Positions 63,227 through 64,000 of a stretch of DNA of 64,000 bases are shown in pieces. Source of the DNA: Candidatus Nomurabacteria bacterium. Its GTDB lineage: Bacteria > Patescibacteriota > Minisyncoccia > Phycocordibacterales > UBA9973. Position 1 is the first letter of the stretch. Each line of letters starts with the position of its first letter. The DNA is taken from assembly GCA_026396015.1 (NCBI GenBank), contig JAPLXP010000014.1:15944-79943 (forward strand), written 5' to 3'. The notes under the pieces are model-generated. The model did no database searches, had not been told where the DNA came from, and saw only the letters and a list, made by a program, of their open reading frames with translations. The translations under genes and the position numbers were made by a program.

Positions 63227-63322
63227 TGTGCCTGTGGGCGAAAGCCCCTTATCGGCTACGGATTCTCCTAAGCTGAAAGCAGGTACATAAAAAAAACCAA
63301 ACATTTGTTTGGTCTTTTTTAT
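63227..63322 (+). ncRNA. candidate standalone small RNA
   Basis: Promoter TTGCCT-N17-TATAGT (63193-63221), three-way junction closed by gtgcctgt/gcaggtac, followed by a terminator. Confidence 0.5.
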
Positions 63323-63368
63323 TTTAATCTTCATCTATACCTTTATCATACATCTTTTTGTACGGCAT

Positions 63369-63409
63369 TGTATAGCAAGAACTGTATAGCAAGAACAGTT
63401 CTTGCTATA
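63369..63409. repeat. REP-B palindrome with duplicated arm at the RAYT2 3' end
   Basis: tgtatagcaagaac tgtatagcaagaac a gttcttgctata, contains the RAYT2 stop codon. Confidence 0.93.
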
Positions 63410-64000
63410 GGGTTTTAATGAAATAATTCTCAACAAATTCTTTAAAAGATTGCTGATTTTGGAAATAATCTGGAAATGCAGTCTTATTCAAAATATTTCC
63501 CTCTATCCTACCCTGCCCAACATAGTCAAGATAACTAGAATATCTATATGAATCAAGGAATTTTTTCATTTCATTTTGACTATTCCCCTGTAGCAAGAAC
63601 AGTTCTTGCTTATGGTTTTCACTATTATTCCATCCAGAAAATTCAATATCTAGCGGATTTATGTGAATATATCCAAACAATTGCCTCATATAATTATCAT
63701 CTGTTTTTATACATTTTGATTTAAATGGCCCACCAAACAGAGCCCCTTGTCTTTGGTATTTAATGTTAAAAAACATTGAATACCCTACTCCGAGCTTTCT
63801 CATAAACTTAGTGATTCCTCCATCTACTTCTTGTCGGACTAAAATATGAAAATGATTGGTCATTAGACACCAAGCTCCAATAGAAACGAGAGGTTCTCCT
63901 TTATCTAAAATCATAATTTCATCAAAACTCTTATGAGAATGATTAATCAAATTATCTAACCTTGGAGTTTTTTCACTACTAGAATTTGAAATATATAAAA
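63405..64000 (-). mobile_element. second RAYT-like Y1 HUH transposase, RAYT2 (5' end outside the window)
   Basis: LYISNS...AWCLMTNHFH...FFNIKYQRQGALFGGPFKS...YIHINP...YRYSS. The frame is open to the window end. Confidence 0.92.
63592..63610. repeat. REP-B copy inside the RAYT2 coding sequence
   Basis: agcaagaac-a-gttcttgct, encodes KQELFLL in frame. Confidence 0.9.

Overview
The window is chromosomal DNA from a small-genome bacterium, most consistent with Patescibacteria/CPR (Parcubacteria-like). That assignment is inferred from the truncated PheS/PheT/ThrS, short SMC, rpsP-khpA-trmD without rimM, a 23S-5S unit with no 16S, many leaderless-type genes and a standard genetic code. Most genes lie on the minus strand and are housekeeping: rpoB-rpoC-dnaG-rpoD, rpmF-nusB-rnc-smc, thrS, gyrB, pheST, secDF, rodA, folD, uppP, rplJL and tRNA-Ser. 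The most interesting accessory signals are: (1) two REP-associated HUH tyrosine transposases (RAYT-like), each with its own palindrome family that overlaps the stop codon and also sits in frame inside the gene, with one family also in frame in an unrelated peptidase; (2) a decayed diversity-generating retroelement with an intact target, a half template repeat with 7/7 adenine-specific mismatches, and a doubly deleted, frameshifted RT missed by the ORF track; (3) an orphan PemK/MazF toxin facing two tandem, separately promoted tetraloop-hairpin small RNAs, a candidate RNA-antitoxin system; (4) a structured repeat found both in frame in pheT and intergenically, plus period-7 CTAG inverted arrays filling operon spacers; (5) substitutions in the rifampicin and bridge-helix-cap pockets of RNA polymerase. 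All alignments and folds were done by eye, and no database searches were run.
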